Source: the human T2T-CHM13v2.0 reference genome, Homo sapiens
Strand: one strand, 5' to 3'
DNA: 64,000 nucleotides
Assembly (NCBI RefSeq): GCF_009914755.1
Contig: NC_060926.1
Under the pieces are notes generated by a model. The model was given only the letters and a program-made list of their open reading frames with translations. It did not search any database and was not told the DNA's origin. The position numbers and the translations under genes were made by a program. Of the stretch, positions 47,176 to 62,200 are shown in pieces. How positions within the stretch are numbered: the stretch's first letter is position 1; each line of letters starts with the position of its first letter.

Positions 47176-47699
47176 CGTGCTCAGCCTTCTGCCTGAAGGA
47201 GTTACCACCCACTGGTGCTGGAGTGTTACTTATCAGGGACCTCAGAGCTCCAATAACTGCTTAGGGAATGATGATGGACTGGTCCCTGCCCACCCTGGCC
47301 ATGTCGGGTGTGGGGCCCTGGGCACCTCCAGCTCTCTGCCTGGGAAAGAAAAAGAGCCCATTTCCATGGGACGTGCCCTCATGGGGAGGCACAGCAGACC
47401 ACCCAAGGCAGCACATGCAGTGTCCCCGAAGTAAGGAGGGAGTCCTGTGTCCCGAGGTCCCGGGGATCTGGACTCTGCCATTGTCCCCTGGTGCATCTGT
47501 ACAGCTGTGGTGGGCTAACATCATCTCTGGGCTCCAACTTGCCCTTCTGTAAAATGGGGAGTTTGGACCAAGTCATTCTGAAGGTCTTTTCCAGCTTTAA
47601 TGACACGTGTTTTGCATGTGACCTGGCAGCACAGGGTTCAGAGAAGGGAGAGATCAGAGTGACTAGTGCAGGCTTCCTGGGGAACCATTTGAGCTTTGA

Positions 47700-48128
47700 A
47701 GGTGGGGAAGAGGAATGTCAGAGAGTGGGCAAAATACAACAGGAAAGGTCCAAATTCACCCTCTGAGGGCCCGGGGCACGGGGGCAGCCTGCTCTCCTCC
47801 TGGGGCCCTGTTCCCTGTGGGGACTGGAAGAGAGGCTTTGAGTCTAGGGCCTGGGGCAGCCAGGACTGACGGGGGTGCAGTCCTAGAAGGGTCGGCAGTC
47901 ACGGTGGCCCACCATGGCATCTCCGTATCCTTGCTGCATGCTGCACCCACTCCAGCTGCCAGAGCACGGAGGCAGAGACGTGGGAGCTGATGAAGGTCGC
48001 ACGCCAGCCTCCCACCTGTGAGACAAAGGGCCCTGTCACTGGAAGCCACGTCCAGCCTGGCCCCGCAGGAGCCAGGGCTCTGCGCCTAACGGAGGACTGA
48101 TGGGAAAGGGAAGGCTGGCAGCAGTGAG
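47700..48128 (+). ncRNA. Candidate non-coding first exon (possibly the lncRNA recalled between ITM2C and GPR55)
   Basis: GC-rich unique patch ending in donor GAG|GTAATG followed by G-runs; no convincing ORF; start is a guess. Confidence 0.3.
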
Positions 48129-48626
48129 GTAATGGGGTGGGGGGTGGGGGTGGGAGGCAGGGGGAGGTGGGGAGGACAGGGAGGGGAGGGAGGGAAGGGG
48201 AGGGACTTTAGCCAGCACGCTTGTCCCACACTGAGCAAGTGCCCACAGTGTTCAAGCAGTCAGTATGCCAGCAGTTTTTCATTGATTACTTTTGTTCGTG
48301 TCTCGCGTTATCTCTGGGGTGAGTATGAATTTCATAGCCACAAACTCAGGTGTCCAAAGTATCTTTATTGGTATCTTTATTTTTCTATAATAGTGTGTTT
48401 TGTGTAATAATCTAGTTTTCAAACCTTCCCTTAGTCTGGTGGCAGAATGTGTAATCTTGATATTTTCTAGGTAAACTCGGTCATCACTTCAGTTTGCCCT
48501 TTTCAAAGATATTAATTTTTGCCCTCCCTTCCCCACCAGGGGCCATCATCTGAATCACGTTCCTGTATTCAGGATTTGCCCCTCCAAAACAGTTTTGATG
48601 GGAGACACCAGCCACCTACTATTATG

Positions 48627-50137
48627 CAGCCATGCACCACATAACGACGTTTCAGGCAACAATGACTGCACATACCACAGTGGTCCCGTAAAATTACAAT
48701 GGAGCTGAAAAATTCCTATTGCCTAGTGACGTCACAGCCATTGTAAGGTGAGAGTGCAACACATCACTCATGTGTTTGTGTTGATGCTGCTGTAAACAAA
48801 CCTACCGCACTGCCAGTCATATAAAAGTATAGCCCATACAATTATGTGTAGTACTTAATACTTAATAATAATAAACAACTATGTTGCTGGTTTACGTATT
48901 TACTACACTGTGTTTTTAATTGCTAATAAGAGTGTACTCTTTTTAGTTATTAAAAAAAAAGTTAACTGTAAACAGACTCAGCAGGTCCTTCAGGAGGTTT
49001 CCAGAAGAAGGCATTGTCATCATAGGAGGTGACAGCTCCATGCATGCATTGCCTCTGAAGTCCTTCCAGTGGGACAGGATGTGGAGGTGGAGATGGTGAT
49101 ACTGATGGTCCTGACCCTATGTAGGCCTAGGCTCATGTGTGTGTTAGTGTCTAGTTTTTAACTAAAAAGTTTAAAAGTTAAAAAAAAAATTTTTAATAGA
49201 AAAAAAGGGGGACTGGGCGTGGTGTAATCCCAGCACTTTGGGAGGCCGAGGCAGGCGGATCACCTGAGGTCAGAAATTCGAGATCAGCCTGGCCGACATG
49301 GTGAAGCCCCGTCTCTACTAAAAACACAAAAATTAGCTGGGCGTGGTGGTGCGCACCTGTAATCCCAGCTACTTGGGGGGCTGAGGGAGGAGAATAGCTT
49401 GAACCCAGGAGGCGGATGTTGCAGTGAGCCGAGACACACCATTGCACTCCAGCTTGGGTGACAAGAGGGAGACTCTGCCTCAAAAAAAAAAAAAAAGAAC
49501 AAAAGACTAAGGGTACAAAGAAAATACTTTGTGAAGCTCTATGTGTTGGTGTTTTATGCTAAGTATTATTATAGAAAAGTCCAAAGGTTTTTAAAAATTG
49601 AAAAGTTTATAAAGGAAAAAAAAGGTACAGTAAGCTAAGGTTACATTACTATTGAGGAAAGAAAAAATCTTCCGTAAATGTGGTGTAGCCTAAATGTACA
49701 GCGTTTACAAAGTCTACAGCAGTGGTCGGTAATGTCCCAGGCCTTCCCATTCACTCACCAACCACTCACTGACTCACCCAGAGCAACCTCCAGTCCTGCA
49801 AGCTCCATTCATGGTAAGCGCCTTACACAGGTGTACCATATTTTTATTTTTCCTACCATATTTTGAACGATATTTTTCTATGTTTAGATACACCATTGTG
49901 TTGCGATTGCCTACAGTATTCAGTACAGAAACATGCTGCACAGGCTTGTGGCCTAGGAGCAACAGGATAACCCGTATAGCCCAGGTGTGCAGTAGGCTAT
50001 GCCATGTAGGCTAACATGTATAGCCCAGGTGTGCAGTAGGCTATGCCATGCGGGTTTGTGTAAGTGCACCCTACGATGTTCACACAATGAAACTGCCTGA
50101 CAATGCATTTCTCAGGACATATCCCTGTTGTTAAGCT
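48627..50137. mobile_element. Tigger3-like DNA transposon interrupted by an AluS (49208-49498)
   Basis: cagccatgcaccacataacgacgtttc ... gcatttctcaggacatatccctgttgttaagc. Confidence 0.8.
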
Positions 50138-50214
50138 GAATCTGTTTTTCCCAGTGCCCCTTGGGGCTGGAGTCAAGCATGTGACCAGGCTCAGCCAATC
50201 AGATGTTTCCTCTC

Positions 50215-50572
50215 TGTATTAGTCCATGTTCACACTGCAATGAAGATTCTACCTGAGACTGGGTAATTTAGAAAGGAAAGAGGTTTAATTGACTCACGGT
50301 TCCACGTGGCTGGGGAGGCCTCTGGAAACTTACCATCGCGGCCGAAGGCGAAGGGGAAGCAAGGCACGTGTTAGTCTCACATGTGGCAGGAGAGAGAGAG
50401 AGAGCACGGCGGGGAAGTGCCAGACACTTATCAAACAACCAGAACTCATGAGTGACGACTCATGGGAGAAACTGCCCCCCGATCCAATCACCTCCCACCA
50501 GGCTCCTCCCTTGATGCGGGGATTACAATGTGAGATGAGATTTGGGTGGGGACAAAGAGCCATACCATATCA
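50215..50572 (-). mobile_element. MST/THE1-type MaLR LTR
   Basis: tgtattagtcc...cctgagactgggtaattt...gagatttgggtggggaca...ccatatca. Confidence 0.85.
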
Positions 50573-51301
50573 CACCCAGACCATGCCATAGGGACAAGTG
50601 ACTCAGGAAGGGGGACAGTGAAAAATGCATCCTGGTAGAGGGGACAACAGCAACACAGAGTCTCGTGGGCATCAGGAAGGTGGTGGCATCATCTCCACAT
50701 TCTGGAGCCCGCGGTTCCCTTTGTGGTCTCCCAATTGCTGAAGTGGTTTCTCCAGCCCACCCAGTGACTCTGAGCCACCCAGTGTCCCGTCAATCAATTC
50801 CTTTCTTCCTAAATTCACCAGAATTGTTCCCAGTGTTTGTGTCACAGTTTTATTGAACACGGGAGCCTTGTGGGGTGTAATCCGAAAACAATTCTTTCTC
50901 CCACTACCTTTTCAAGCCTGGTCGGTGGGTTGGGTTCTCCTCTGACCTTGGATGAAATTGAAGGTAGGTTTCTTGGTTTTTCTGGTCCATCCAAGATAAT
51001 AAAAATCCCTTGGGTAACTTTTATTCACACAAATCCAATTTCAGTAATTACAACATCTAACTATCAAAACAGTTGAAACTCCAGATGGCATTTGAAGTTA
51101 AAACCACTCCCTTGCCCCATCCCAGACCTGCCCACATGGGAAGCCTACAAGGCGCGTGGGGAGCTTGGCGGGTTTCTCCTCCATGCCCCTGCCTCATGCT
51201 TCTACTTTTCCTCCCCTTCACTAGGCTCCTCGGCGCCTCCAAGTTTGGGACAGTAGCGTGAGGGCTTGGCGTCGGGCGTCGGAGCAGGAGAGGTCACTAG
51301 T

Positions 51302-51675
51302 TGTCTTAGTCGGTGTGTGTTGCTGTAAAGGAACACCTGAGGCTGGGGAATTTATAAGGAAAACGGGCTTATTTGGTTCACGATTCTGCTGGCTGGAAGA
51401 CTGGGCATCTAGTGAAAGCCTCGGGCTGCTTCCACTCGTGGCAGAAGGCGAACAGAGCTGGCGTGAGATCACACGCAGAGATCATGTGGAGAGAGAGGAA
51501 GCAAGAGAGACACGGGAGGCAAAGGTTCTTTTTAACAACCAGCTCTCGTGGGAACTAACGGAGTGAAACTCACTTGCCTCTGTAGGAGGGCAATAATCTA
51601 TTCATGAGGGTTCCAACCTATGACCAGAACACCTCCCATTAGGCCCCACCTCCAACATTGATCCAAACTGTAGCA
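51302..51675 (-). mobile_element. MST-type MaLR LTR
   Basis: tgtcttagtc...cctgaggctgggg...ggccccacctccaacattg...aaactgtagca. Confidence 0.8.
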
Positions 51676-52121
51676 CTAGCATCACCAGTTCACCCTCCCT
51701 CAGGTGGATGCTCCATGAGAGTCCCTGGTCCCCGTCCTCACCACTAGCTGCACCTCAATGCAGGCAAACTCTCCCTCAGCTTCATTTTCTTGGACTGGAT
51801 CTAAGTAACTCAGACCAGCTTCTGAAACATTCACACACCCTTTGATGCTACAGAATCCAGCAGAATGGGTTATTTGCTGGCACACACCTCTTCTTGTCCT
51901 GTGCTCCAAGCAACAAGCAGGCAGCTCCAGCCACAGCCTCTCACTACTTGCTTCCCCAGGGGCTTGGCCCCCACCCAGTCCACAGGGCTCCCTTCCAAAT
52001 TACTCCCAGGCCCCATGTCCAGGTCTCCCAGCAGTCTCAGTGAAGCCCCTCTCACTAGGCATAAGGCAGAGTGGTGGTGCGCCGGACTCTGTGATCATTC
52101 TCTCCTTAGAAATGTTCTCTC

Positions 52122-52415
52122 TGGCTGGCACTGTGGCTCCCCCCTGTAATCCCAGCAGTTTGGGAGGCCGAGGCACGAGGATCACTTGAGGCCAGGAGTT
52201 CAAGAACAGCCTGGGAAACACAGGCCATTTAAGTTTTTTGTCTGTACAAAAAAATTTAAAAATCAGCTGGGCATGGTGATATGTACCTGTAGTCCTGGCT
52301 ACTTGGGAAGACTGCTTGAGCCTGGGAGCTCGAGGCTGCAGTGAGCCATGATCTCACCACTGCACTCCACCCTGGGTGACAGAGTGAAACTGTCTCTAAA
52401 AAAGAAAAAAAAAAA
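52122..52415 (+). mobile_element. AluJ
   Basis: Sense Alu; TSD agaaatgttctctct. Confidence 0.85.
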
Positions 52416-53009
52416 GAAATGTTCTCTCTATTTGGCCTTCAGTTAGCAGCCAGGAGTGGAGGATGGGCAAGAGTTGCACAGTTGGTTTGAGGTCGCCTCC
52501 TTTGCACGTCCTTTATTTTGGAATGTCTGACTCATGGGCACAATCCCCCTCTTTTCTCAGATCCCTGAGGGGCTGACAAGTCTCTTCCTTGGAGCTAACC
52601 CCCGGTGATGGGGGCGTAGAGGACCCAAGGACCCCCCACCCCATTCCTGCTACCTCACCAGCATCTGATTTCTTTTTCCCTGGACTTGTGAAGTCTTTAT
52701 CTAGACTTGGGGGAGGAGATGTGGGGAAAGGGAAAAGGAAAGGAAAGCCTCATTAGGTGGACAGATGGTTTAGGTCTTACAGTTCCCCCAGCGGGCATCT
52801 GGGGCAGCTGGTTCTAAGTGGAGGAGGGGCTGCCACGGGGAGTCTGAACCTGAGGCCACCTGCACCCCCCTAACCCTCAGCTGAGCTGGGAGTTCAGGGA
52901 ACAGGACGTGAAAGGAAGTTGAGCAGCCGCAACCTGGGGTGAAGGCTCAGAGCTTTGGATGATACCCTATGCGTCAGTGGTGGTAGAACAGCCCCGAGGC
53001 TTGGTGGCA

Positions 53010-54020
<1,011 letters not shown>

Positions 54021-56204
54021 GGAAGCATGTGTCTGTACAGCCCACGGCTCAAAAGAATTCACTCTGACTTAGATAATCCTGAGCACACACAGCATCCAGA
54101 CGATGGTGGAAAACTTCTCCCACCACAAGTCCTTTCAGCACCTGCCACTGCCACCTCTTCTATCTCTGCTCCCTCCCTGCCTCTAGTATCCTCACCCCCC
54201 AAATCCCCTCAGCCTTTTCTCCTCTTCTTCCTGTGAGTCACCCTGGAGATGCAGCAAGTACAGAGGAATCTGGTCTTGGCTCTGGGCAGGGTGTTTAGGT
54301 CGTGGGTCTCCCAAGTTGGGACCCATTGCCCCCTCCTAGAGAAAAATGCTCGCATTACCCTCTGCTCCTGACCCGAAGCCCCCCACACCAGCTCCCACTA
54401 ACTGGAAGCCAGTGCTGTAAACCTACAGCTCCCACATGCTCCATGAGGGTCTCTGGTCCCCGTCCTCACCGCTAGCTGCACCTCAATGCAGGTGAACTCC
54501 CCCAGCTTCATTTTCTTGGATGCTTCAGGAGGACCCCCCTTTGTGGTAGAGGTAGGGAAAAGGAGAAGGCTTCTAAGAGGAGGCCACTCCCAGCTCCAGC
54601 CCCAGCCCCAGCCTCAGCCTGGGCAGCCACAACCGCTGCAGTTTCAGTGCACAGCAGCCACTGCGAGCCTGGGCGCCCATCTGCAGACTCCCAGCCCAGG
54701 CCCTGACCATGCAGTTTCGGTGGGAAGTCGGGGGCAGGGCTTACCCGTCCTGGGGTAGTCCCCAGGCCTGTCTGGATTCAGACAATTAGAAGCAGTAGCT
54801 GCAGCAATCAGATGGAGCACTGTGTAATTTGGGAAATGGGGCAGCTCTAGCTGGTCTGAGAAGCAAAAGCCCTTCCTTTCTATTTTAAAATATAAAACTT
54901 GATTTTTCTAGGCGTTCAGAAATGCCTGGTTCATGGGGGCCGGGGCAGGCTGGGCTACCTAGAGAGCTGTGGCGATGGGGGACCTTACAGCAGGAGGGTG
55001 GGAGGGGATGAAATGCGTCCTGTCTCAGGAGTGCCCCTTTCTCCAGGCGTCATGGAGGGCATCCTAGCTCCTGACCACCCAGGGGGCAGCCACCTCCCAG
55101 GCCTGCAATCCCGTGTTGAGACCCAGGCCCACCCAGGTTGTTTCTCCCTTAGGTGACCCCTCCCAACCAGAGCTGTCCCTGAACTCCTGATTCCGGTCCA
55201 CTGTTACCGGGGAGACTGCTGTCCCCAGGCCTCCCCAGGCCAGGCTGTGCTGAGCAGAGGCTGTACCTCCAAACCCAGGAAGGCTTCCAGTTGGATCGCT
55301 TCTGACTTTGTCTTCTTGTTGTTGCTGCTGGTAATAAAACTCACATTTACCAGAATTGGGGCAAACAGAATGGAAAGAACAGCATTTCGGTGACTGGTGC
55401 CAAGTCTCAGGGTTTTAGTAGCCCCACTTGGGCAGCCAAGAGCCTGGGAAATTAGATGCCCTGGCTCAGGAGGGCTGCGTTCACCAGTTTCACACACGGT
55501 CCCCCGCTCCTTGGGGTCTTGGGTGCACGGCAGGTGCAAACACCCCACACCACGTGCCCCGAGGCTGGGAGCCGTGAAGACACCCCCCACCACTTCCACT
55601 TCCGTTTCTGCACAGAAGGTGGTGTCACAGTTTTCCAAACTGTTAAGAGAATTTCTTTTGTGCATGACATTGTTCAGCTCACCCAGGCTGCAGCCTGGGA
55701 CGGAATCAAAACAGAAGTGAGTAAGGAGAAGTGAGTCAGTCATGCATTCAACACATATTCTTGAGCCCCGTTATGTTCCGGGCCCTGTTGGGGACTGGGG
55801 ACAGAGAGGAGCAGCATGCTGCCCCTGTCCTCTAGGAGCTCACAGACCTGCTATCCCCAAGATGGGCCAGACTCTTCTGCCTCTTTGTCTGGGTAGACCT
55901 GATGTCTAGACCAAGACATAAAACGGGCTTTTGGAGCATTGCTGCGGAGCCTGCAGGGTGGTGGGCCTTGGGCAGGGTGGTGGGCCCTGGGCTGTGTGCT
56001 GGGCATGGAAAGGCGAACAAGAAACGAACCCTACTCTCGCAAGGCTGATGGTCTAGTCGGGTAGAAGAAGAAACTGGAAGTTATTGGACAGTGCGCTAAG
56101 TGTTAGGATGGGGGAGTTCCAGGGCACTGTGGGGACAGGTATACCCAGACCAACCAAGCAAACAAGGGGACTTATGTGTTTAATTCATATTAAATGTCAT
56201 ACTA

Positions 56205-56520
56205 GGCCGGGCGTGGTGGCTCACACCTGTAATCCCAGAACTTTGGGAGTCCAAGATGGGTGGATCACAAGGTCAGGAGTTCAAGATCAGCCTGGCCAAG
56301 ATGGTGAAACCCCGTCTCTACTAAAAATACAAAAAATTAGCTGGGTGTGGGGCAGGCGCCTGTAATCCCAGCTACTCGGGAGGCTGAGGCAGTGAATTGC
56401 TTGAACCTGGGAGGCGGAGGTTGCAGTGAGCCGAGATAGAGCCACTGCACTCCAGCCTGGGTGACAGAGGGAGACTCCATCTCAAAATAAAGAAATAAAT
56501 AAGTAAATAAATAAATAAAT
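56205..56520 (+). mobile_element. AluS
   Basis: Sense Alu; TSD taaatgtcatact. Confidence 0.9.
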
Positions 56521-58564
56521 GTCATACTGTGCCACCAAGGCCAATGTCTTCACAGGTTTTTTGACCTTGGCAATGTTCCCGTCAGACTGCAGAAGAATTG
56601 ACTATTCCCGTTCAGGTAGATGATGACCGGCCCCATAAACAGCCACCAAGGGTCACCCTCTCCCTCCCCAGCCCTGAAGGCCAAGAAATGGGACTGGGCT
56701 CTTTGGATTTATGACCTTCTGGCTCCTGCAGAGAGAGGAGGACTGGGGCTTGACAAGGACACGGTAAGCTGGACAGACTCCTGCACGGTGTAGGCTTGAG
56801 GCCACATTCCTCGTCCCTCTCTGGCTGGGGGCTGGGGCTGGGTGGACATGGTTCCTCCGTGATGTTCTGCCACCCAGCAGCTTGCCACCCTCTCCAGGTC
56901 CTTTGGCAAAATTTCAAACCACGCTGATTGACCTTGGAGCTCCACCCACATCCACACCCTTGGCTGTGTCAGAAACTCCACTACAGGCAAGAAAACAAGG
57001 GAACTGGGGTTTATGACTTCTGTTCAGCTTCATTAAATATTTGCTGAGCAACTTTTAGAGGAGTTTTCTGGATTCCACAGAGGGGACTAACTAATTCCAC
57101 CTCTTCCTTTTAGCAGGGGCTAAGGACTGTCCTTGGATCTCAGTAGGACAGCTGACCTTCCCTCCACCCAATGACTGCTCCAGTCTGATCGTTCCTGGCC
57201 ACCTGATAATCTCTTTGTGCAAACACCAGGAAGCCCTGGTTAGAGGTGTGGACACCAGGTGTTCTTGAGGAGGACAGTGGTGACTCAGTTTTATCTGACC
57301 CCATGCTCTCAAGTTCCTTTTCTGTGAGACACTTCTTATGTGCTACTTTGGACCCTCTCACTTATCTGTGGGCCATTGGCCACTGGCCCCAGCCACAGCT
57401 GAGACCACCAACTCTGCATGGACTCAGACAGGCTTCACCCAGGCACACCCAGCAGCCCCTGCCTCAGGTCCCAGCTATGCACCCCTTAGGCTTGCCTGGA
57501 TACTAGGATGGGAGACACTGCATCCATCCATCCACGACCAGCAAGTAGAGGCAATTAATACCCTTCAGGCGACCCAACGCGAGCTGGGAGCCTGTGCACA
57601 AATTATTCTCCTTTTCTCCCAAAAGGATTGTGCCGAGAAACATTTGTGCAGCTTCCCGGAGGATGGCCCTTGGGGTCGAGCAAGCAGTTATGTTTGTTAC
57701 CAAGCCTCGGCCAGCTCCATAACACACCCTGGAGTTGGCACCACTTCCTTCCCAGCTACACTCCCCTTTCTCTCACACCTGCTCCCTGGGGTCACCTCCC
57801 TACCAAAGGAGGGGGGCACAGGAGCCTTTGTTTCCCGCTCTGCTTTCCAAGAAACCCAAACCAAGCCATGCTGAGTTCCTTCCAGAGCTCCACTTCCACT
57901 TCACGGGATCCTCTTAGTACCACAGTCAGCACCCAACATGCCTCTGAGATGGGCGTGTGATCCCGACTGGCCAGTCGGTGCCTTATTTCTCTGGCCACAG
58001 AACTTGGCTCAGGAGATGACATGTGACCAATCCGAATTTTCCCTGGGGACTGATACGTGGACACCAGGGACCTCGTGCACCAGTAAGGTCGCTGCCTTCC
58101 TTCTCTGCCAGAGATGATTCTGTCTCATCCAATCAAGACTTGAGTGGACTCCAGCTTCCCAGAAAGCCTTTCTCCATCATCCCAGCCCCACGAGATCTTA
58201 CCCGCTTCACTGGTAACACCCAGAATCCTCAGCACAACTGCTACCACCAGGTACTGCCTTGCTCCTTTACACTGTTATGTTGTTTGAATCTGTTATGCAG
58301 CTGATTATGTGTATTCCTACTTCTACTAGGCACACATGGTTCTACCTGGCTAACTACAGTGGATTCATTGCCCAGATGAGGTAGGCAGCTGCTTCAACAT
58401 ATAGAGAGGCCAGGTATCCAATATAAGGAACCACATTATCCCAGTTTGCCTGGAACTTTCCAAGCTTTAACACTGAGTAGCCTTGGTCTCCCTCAGTCCT
58501 GGACAGACTGGGACATTTGGTCACCTTGTTCAATGAGCAGGAGCAGGAGGAGAGTGTTGTCTAG

Positions 58565-58887
<323 letters not shown>

Positions 58888-59074
58888 GGGAAGCCTCTTT
58901 TTAAAGTAAAGGACATAGACTGCACAGATTCAGCCCAGACTCCATCTATTTATCTATTTAATTGAGCTCCTACAATTTATTGAGCTTCTACTATGTGTCT
59001 GACACTCTGCTAAGTTCTGAAGATCCAGGGATGAACAAGACCTAGTCCCTTCCCTGAAGAGTTTATAGTTCAGA

Positions 59075-59230
59075 GCAGGCATTAGGGAAATTTTTTGCAA
59101 AGGGCTAGATTACAAGTGTTTTCAGTTTTACAAACCATACAGTCTCTGTCATAACTACCGTGGTCTGCTGTAGCTCCAAAGCAGCCACTGCAGACAGTGT
59201 GAATGGACATGACTGTGTCCCCACAAGACT
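59075..59230. mobile_element. MER58-like MITE
   Basis: aaagggctagat...acagtctctgtcataactac...gaatggacatgactgtgtccc. Confidence 0.65.
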
Positions 59231-62200
59231 TGAAGGGCAGCAGCCTCCTGGCACAGAGGTGGAGAAAAACACACAAAGCCTCAGAGCACCTGCCAGGCCC
59301 CTGCTGAAGGTAGCAGCTCCAGGCGGCCCCATAGGCGGCATCTCACATGGCCCCATCTCCTCCGCCGTGGTTGATTGGACCAGGGAGGAGCACGTGATTC
59401 ACAGGTAGCCCATCCTCAGGCTGCCAGTGATGGACACGGGTGGAGAGGCCAGCAGAGATAGTGGTCGCCAGCTGGGACAACGGTGGTAGGAGACAGAGAC
59501 CGAAAGGCAGGAAGGATAGAGCAGAGCCAATAGACTTCCCTGGACCCTCAAGCCCTTCCAAACCTGAGCCGTGTTCCAGGCCCCATGGGGACCTCCCGGG
59601 AGGTCTTGCTGTGAGCCTGTCCTGGGACCCGGGCAGGCTTGCACGGAGCTGAGAGTCCTGTCTTCTTTATTTCCATGTACATCCTTCAACAAAACAGCTT
59701 TTGCTTCCTTCTTTCTTGTTTAACAATTCAGTAATTTTTAGAAAATTTATAAAGTTGTGCAACCATGCAACCATCACTGTCACCCAGCTTCCATAATAAA
59801 CCTGAATGAGCTCCCTGCACTCAAGAGACCCTCACTCACCCCAGTTCCTTGTGGAAAGTTAGGGTGCCATGGGATCACAGAGAAGGGACCCCCAGCTGGG
59901 GCCAGGGGCTCCGAGAAGTCTTCCCAGAGAGACCCAAGGACAGTCAGAGAATTCCTGGGATGATGTGGGGAAGGGGGATCCCCATCACCTCTTTGACCTT
60001 TAGTGGGCAGCAAGGGCCAACATCTGACCAGGTGCCTCGTGCAGCAGGCATGGTGTAGACAGAACACTTTGTCAGATGCCGATGAATCAAGCAGCTTTCC
60101 TTTTCCTCCATACCCTCCATGCCCTCCTGTGGCAGCCTCAGTCCACCCCAGCGTCCTTAGACAGGGCCTTGCAGGCCAGGGCACACTGCAGGAAAGGGAA
60201 GAATCTGCACGTGGCTCCCTGGGGCCGTCGATGATGGGCTTTGCTGCCTGCACCACCCGAGTTTTCATCCAAGAAAACACCCTAACCTGGTATTTCCCAA
60301 GGAATTCAAGTGAAATTGTCAAAAGGGCTTACATCCCTGTTTTAAGGCTGTGGAAGAGGTCTGGCCATACAATCTCCCTCTCCCTTTCCCCTTCACCCCC
60401 AGGAAAGAGAGAATCTCCAAGCACCCATACCCAGGGCCTCTGTCTTCCCACTCCCCTCTCCCATCTCCCCATAAGGAGCCTTTCTCTTGCTGAAGCAGGA
60501 AACTTCATTTTGCTAACAGGAAGCTTCTTTGTTCCCTGCAAGAGAAACCAGCTCCAGCTAATTCAAGCAAAAGAAGGCTCTTCGCAGGGATGTGGAGCAG
60601 CTCACAGTTGCAAAGAGGTTGCTGAGCAACGTGCACTGCCTGGAGGTGACTGCAGCGGCCCTGGGCTTCCCTGGGCTCCCCCGCTGGCAGACAGAATCTG
60701 ACAGCACGGTTTGGTGCAAGGGTCCCTGGCCTTGGTCCTTTGGATCACTCAGTGACAGGGAACAGGAGCCAGTCTGCTTCCCTATCCCATTAGAAGGATC
60801 TGGATTTGCTCCATTCACCCAGACCTGGGTTTCACCAGGAACTAGGGGTGTACATCATCTATGCCCAAACCCAGGGCACCCCTGAGTATACGGCATCTCC
60901 CAGTGGGCCATTAAGAAGATGCGCATACAGAAGAGATTGTTTTTCCAAGTGAGAAGATCCAGCTTGAATATACAAACTATTAGGGTTGTGCATGTAATTG
61001 TTTAAATGTCTCCTGTAGGAGTTAATGCATTTGGTTTTCAAGACATCTTTTAATTCCACAGAAGGTAACTCCTTTCCACTTTCACATTTCATGGAACATT
61101 TTTTCATCTCAACCTGTCACCAGCATCTTGAGTGTCTGTCTCCTCATCACCCCTGAGCCACGGTTTGAGTCACCGGTGACTTTCAGGGTACGTCACCTCC
61201 GTCTCCTCTCAGTTACAGAGATTCAGCACTTTTTAAATCCCCACATGATGCTATCACTGGAAATTGTATCTAAGTTGCAAGTGCCCCTTCTCATAATATT
61301 GAGGGACTTAAAGTTGTTAGTTGAACCTTAAGAGAAATATGAGAATCTTCTTAACTGGTGATTGGGGCACACCAGGAACCCCGGCATTATCATCAATCCT
61401 ACCAGAGGGCTTCTGCACACAGCCAGGTATAAGGGGCTTGGAGCAAGCCCCTAGCTGTCTGTTATTATTAGCTGGTGCTATGGGGCCAGGACCCAGGGTC
61501 TTTGAGCCTGCGGTTGCTTCCTGGTCTGAAGCGAGGGCTGGGGCAGTGGTGATGACTGCAGCTGTCAATCACCAGGTATTTATCAGCTCTGCTCTGCACC
61601 CAGCCTGTGCCAGGCACACAGGGTGGACGGGAGCCACGAGACCTTGCTGTGAGAGGTGATTAAGAAGGAGCATTTCTACTTAGGACACCGGTGCAAGGGA
61701 GGACCAAATGAGGTGTAACAGACAAGGAGAGAATAAGCCTGTTCTCGACCAGGTGCAATTGAGTAGTGGAAGCCAGTGGGTGGGCTTGTGACAGCCCCTA
61801 CTGGGGAGCAGATGGGTCGCCCCTTGATGGCTCAGGATCTTTGAAGAGCCCTGAGAGGATTTTGGAGTGGGTACGGTGGGCCAGGACACAGAGACCCAGA
61901 GTGGGTGTTAGCATGGGGTGCCATGCAAAAATCACTTACAAGGGCATCAGAGAGCTGGTGCTGCTCATGCCCCCAAGGGCCTCAGCTTCCACGTCTGCAC
62001 AATAGTTCCCTTCAAGCCAAGGTCTTGTTACAGACCTGTTTCTAGCCCCAACTCCTCCAGCTTTATGGGGTCACCCCCCCTTTTTAAATCTCCAAGCAGA
62101 AGGGCTTGTGATTTTATCCCACATTCAGTGGGAACCCTAGCATCTCCCATCATAGTCCTAGAAACTGCCAAATTCTCCTCTGAGCCCTGAGTCCTACAGG

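Noticed and set aside
60003-60701. 232-aa ORF
   Set aside because: Non-ATG start, no recognisable homology, and its 3' part resembles MaLR-type repeat sequence
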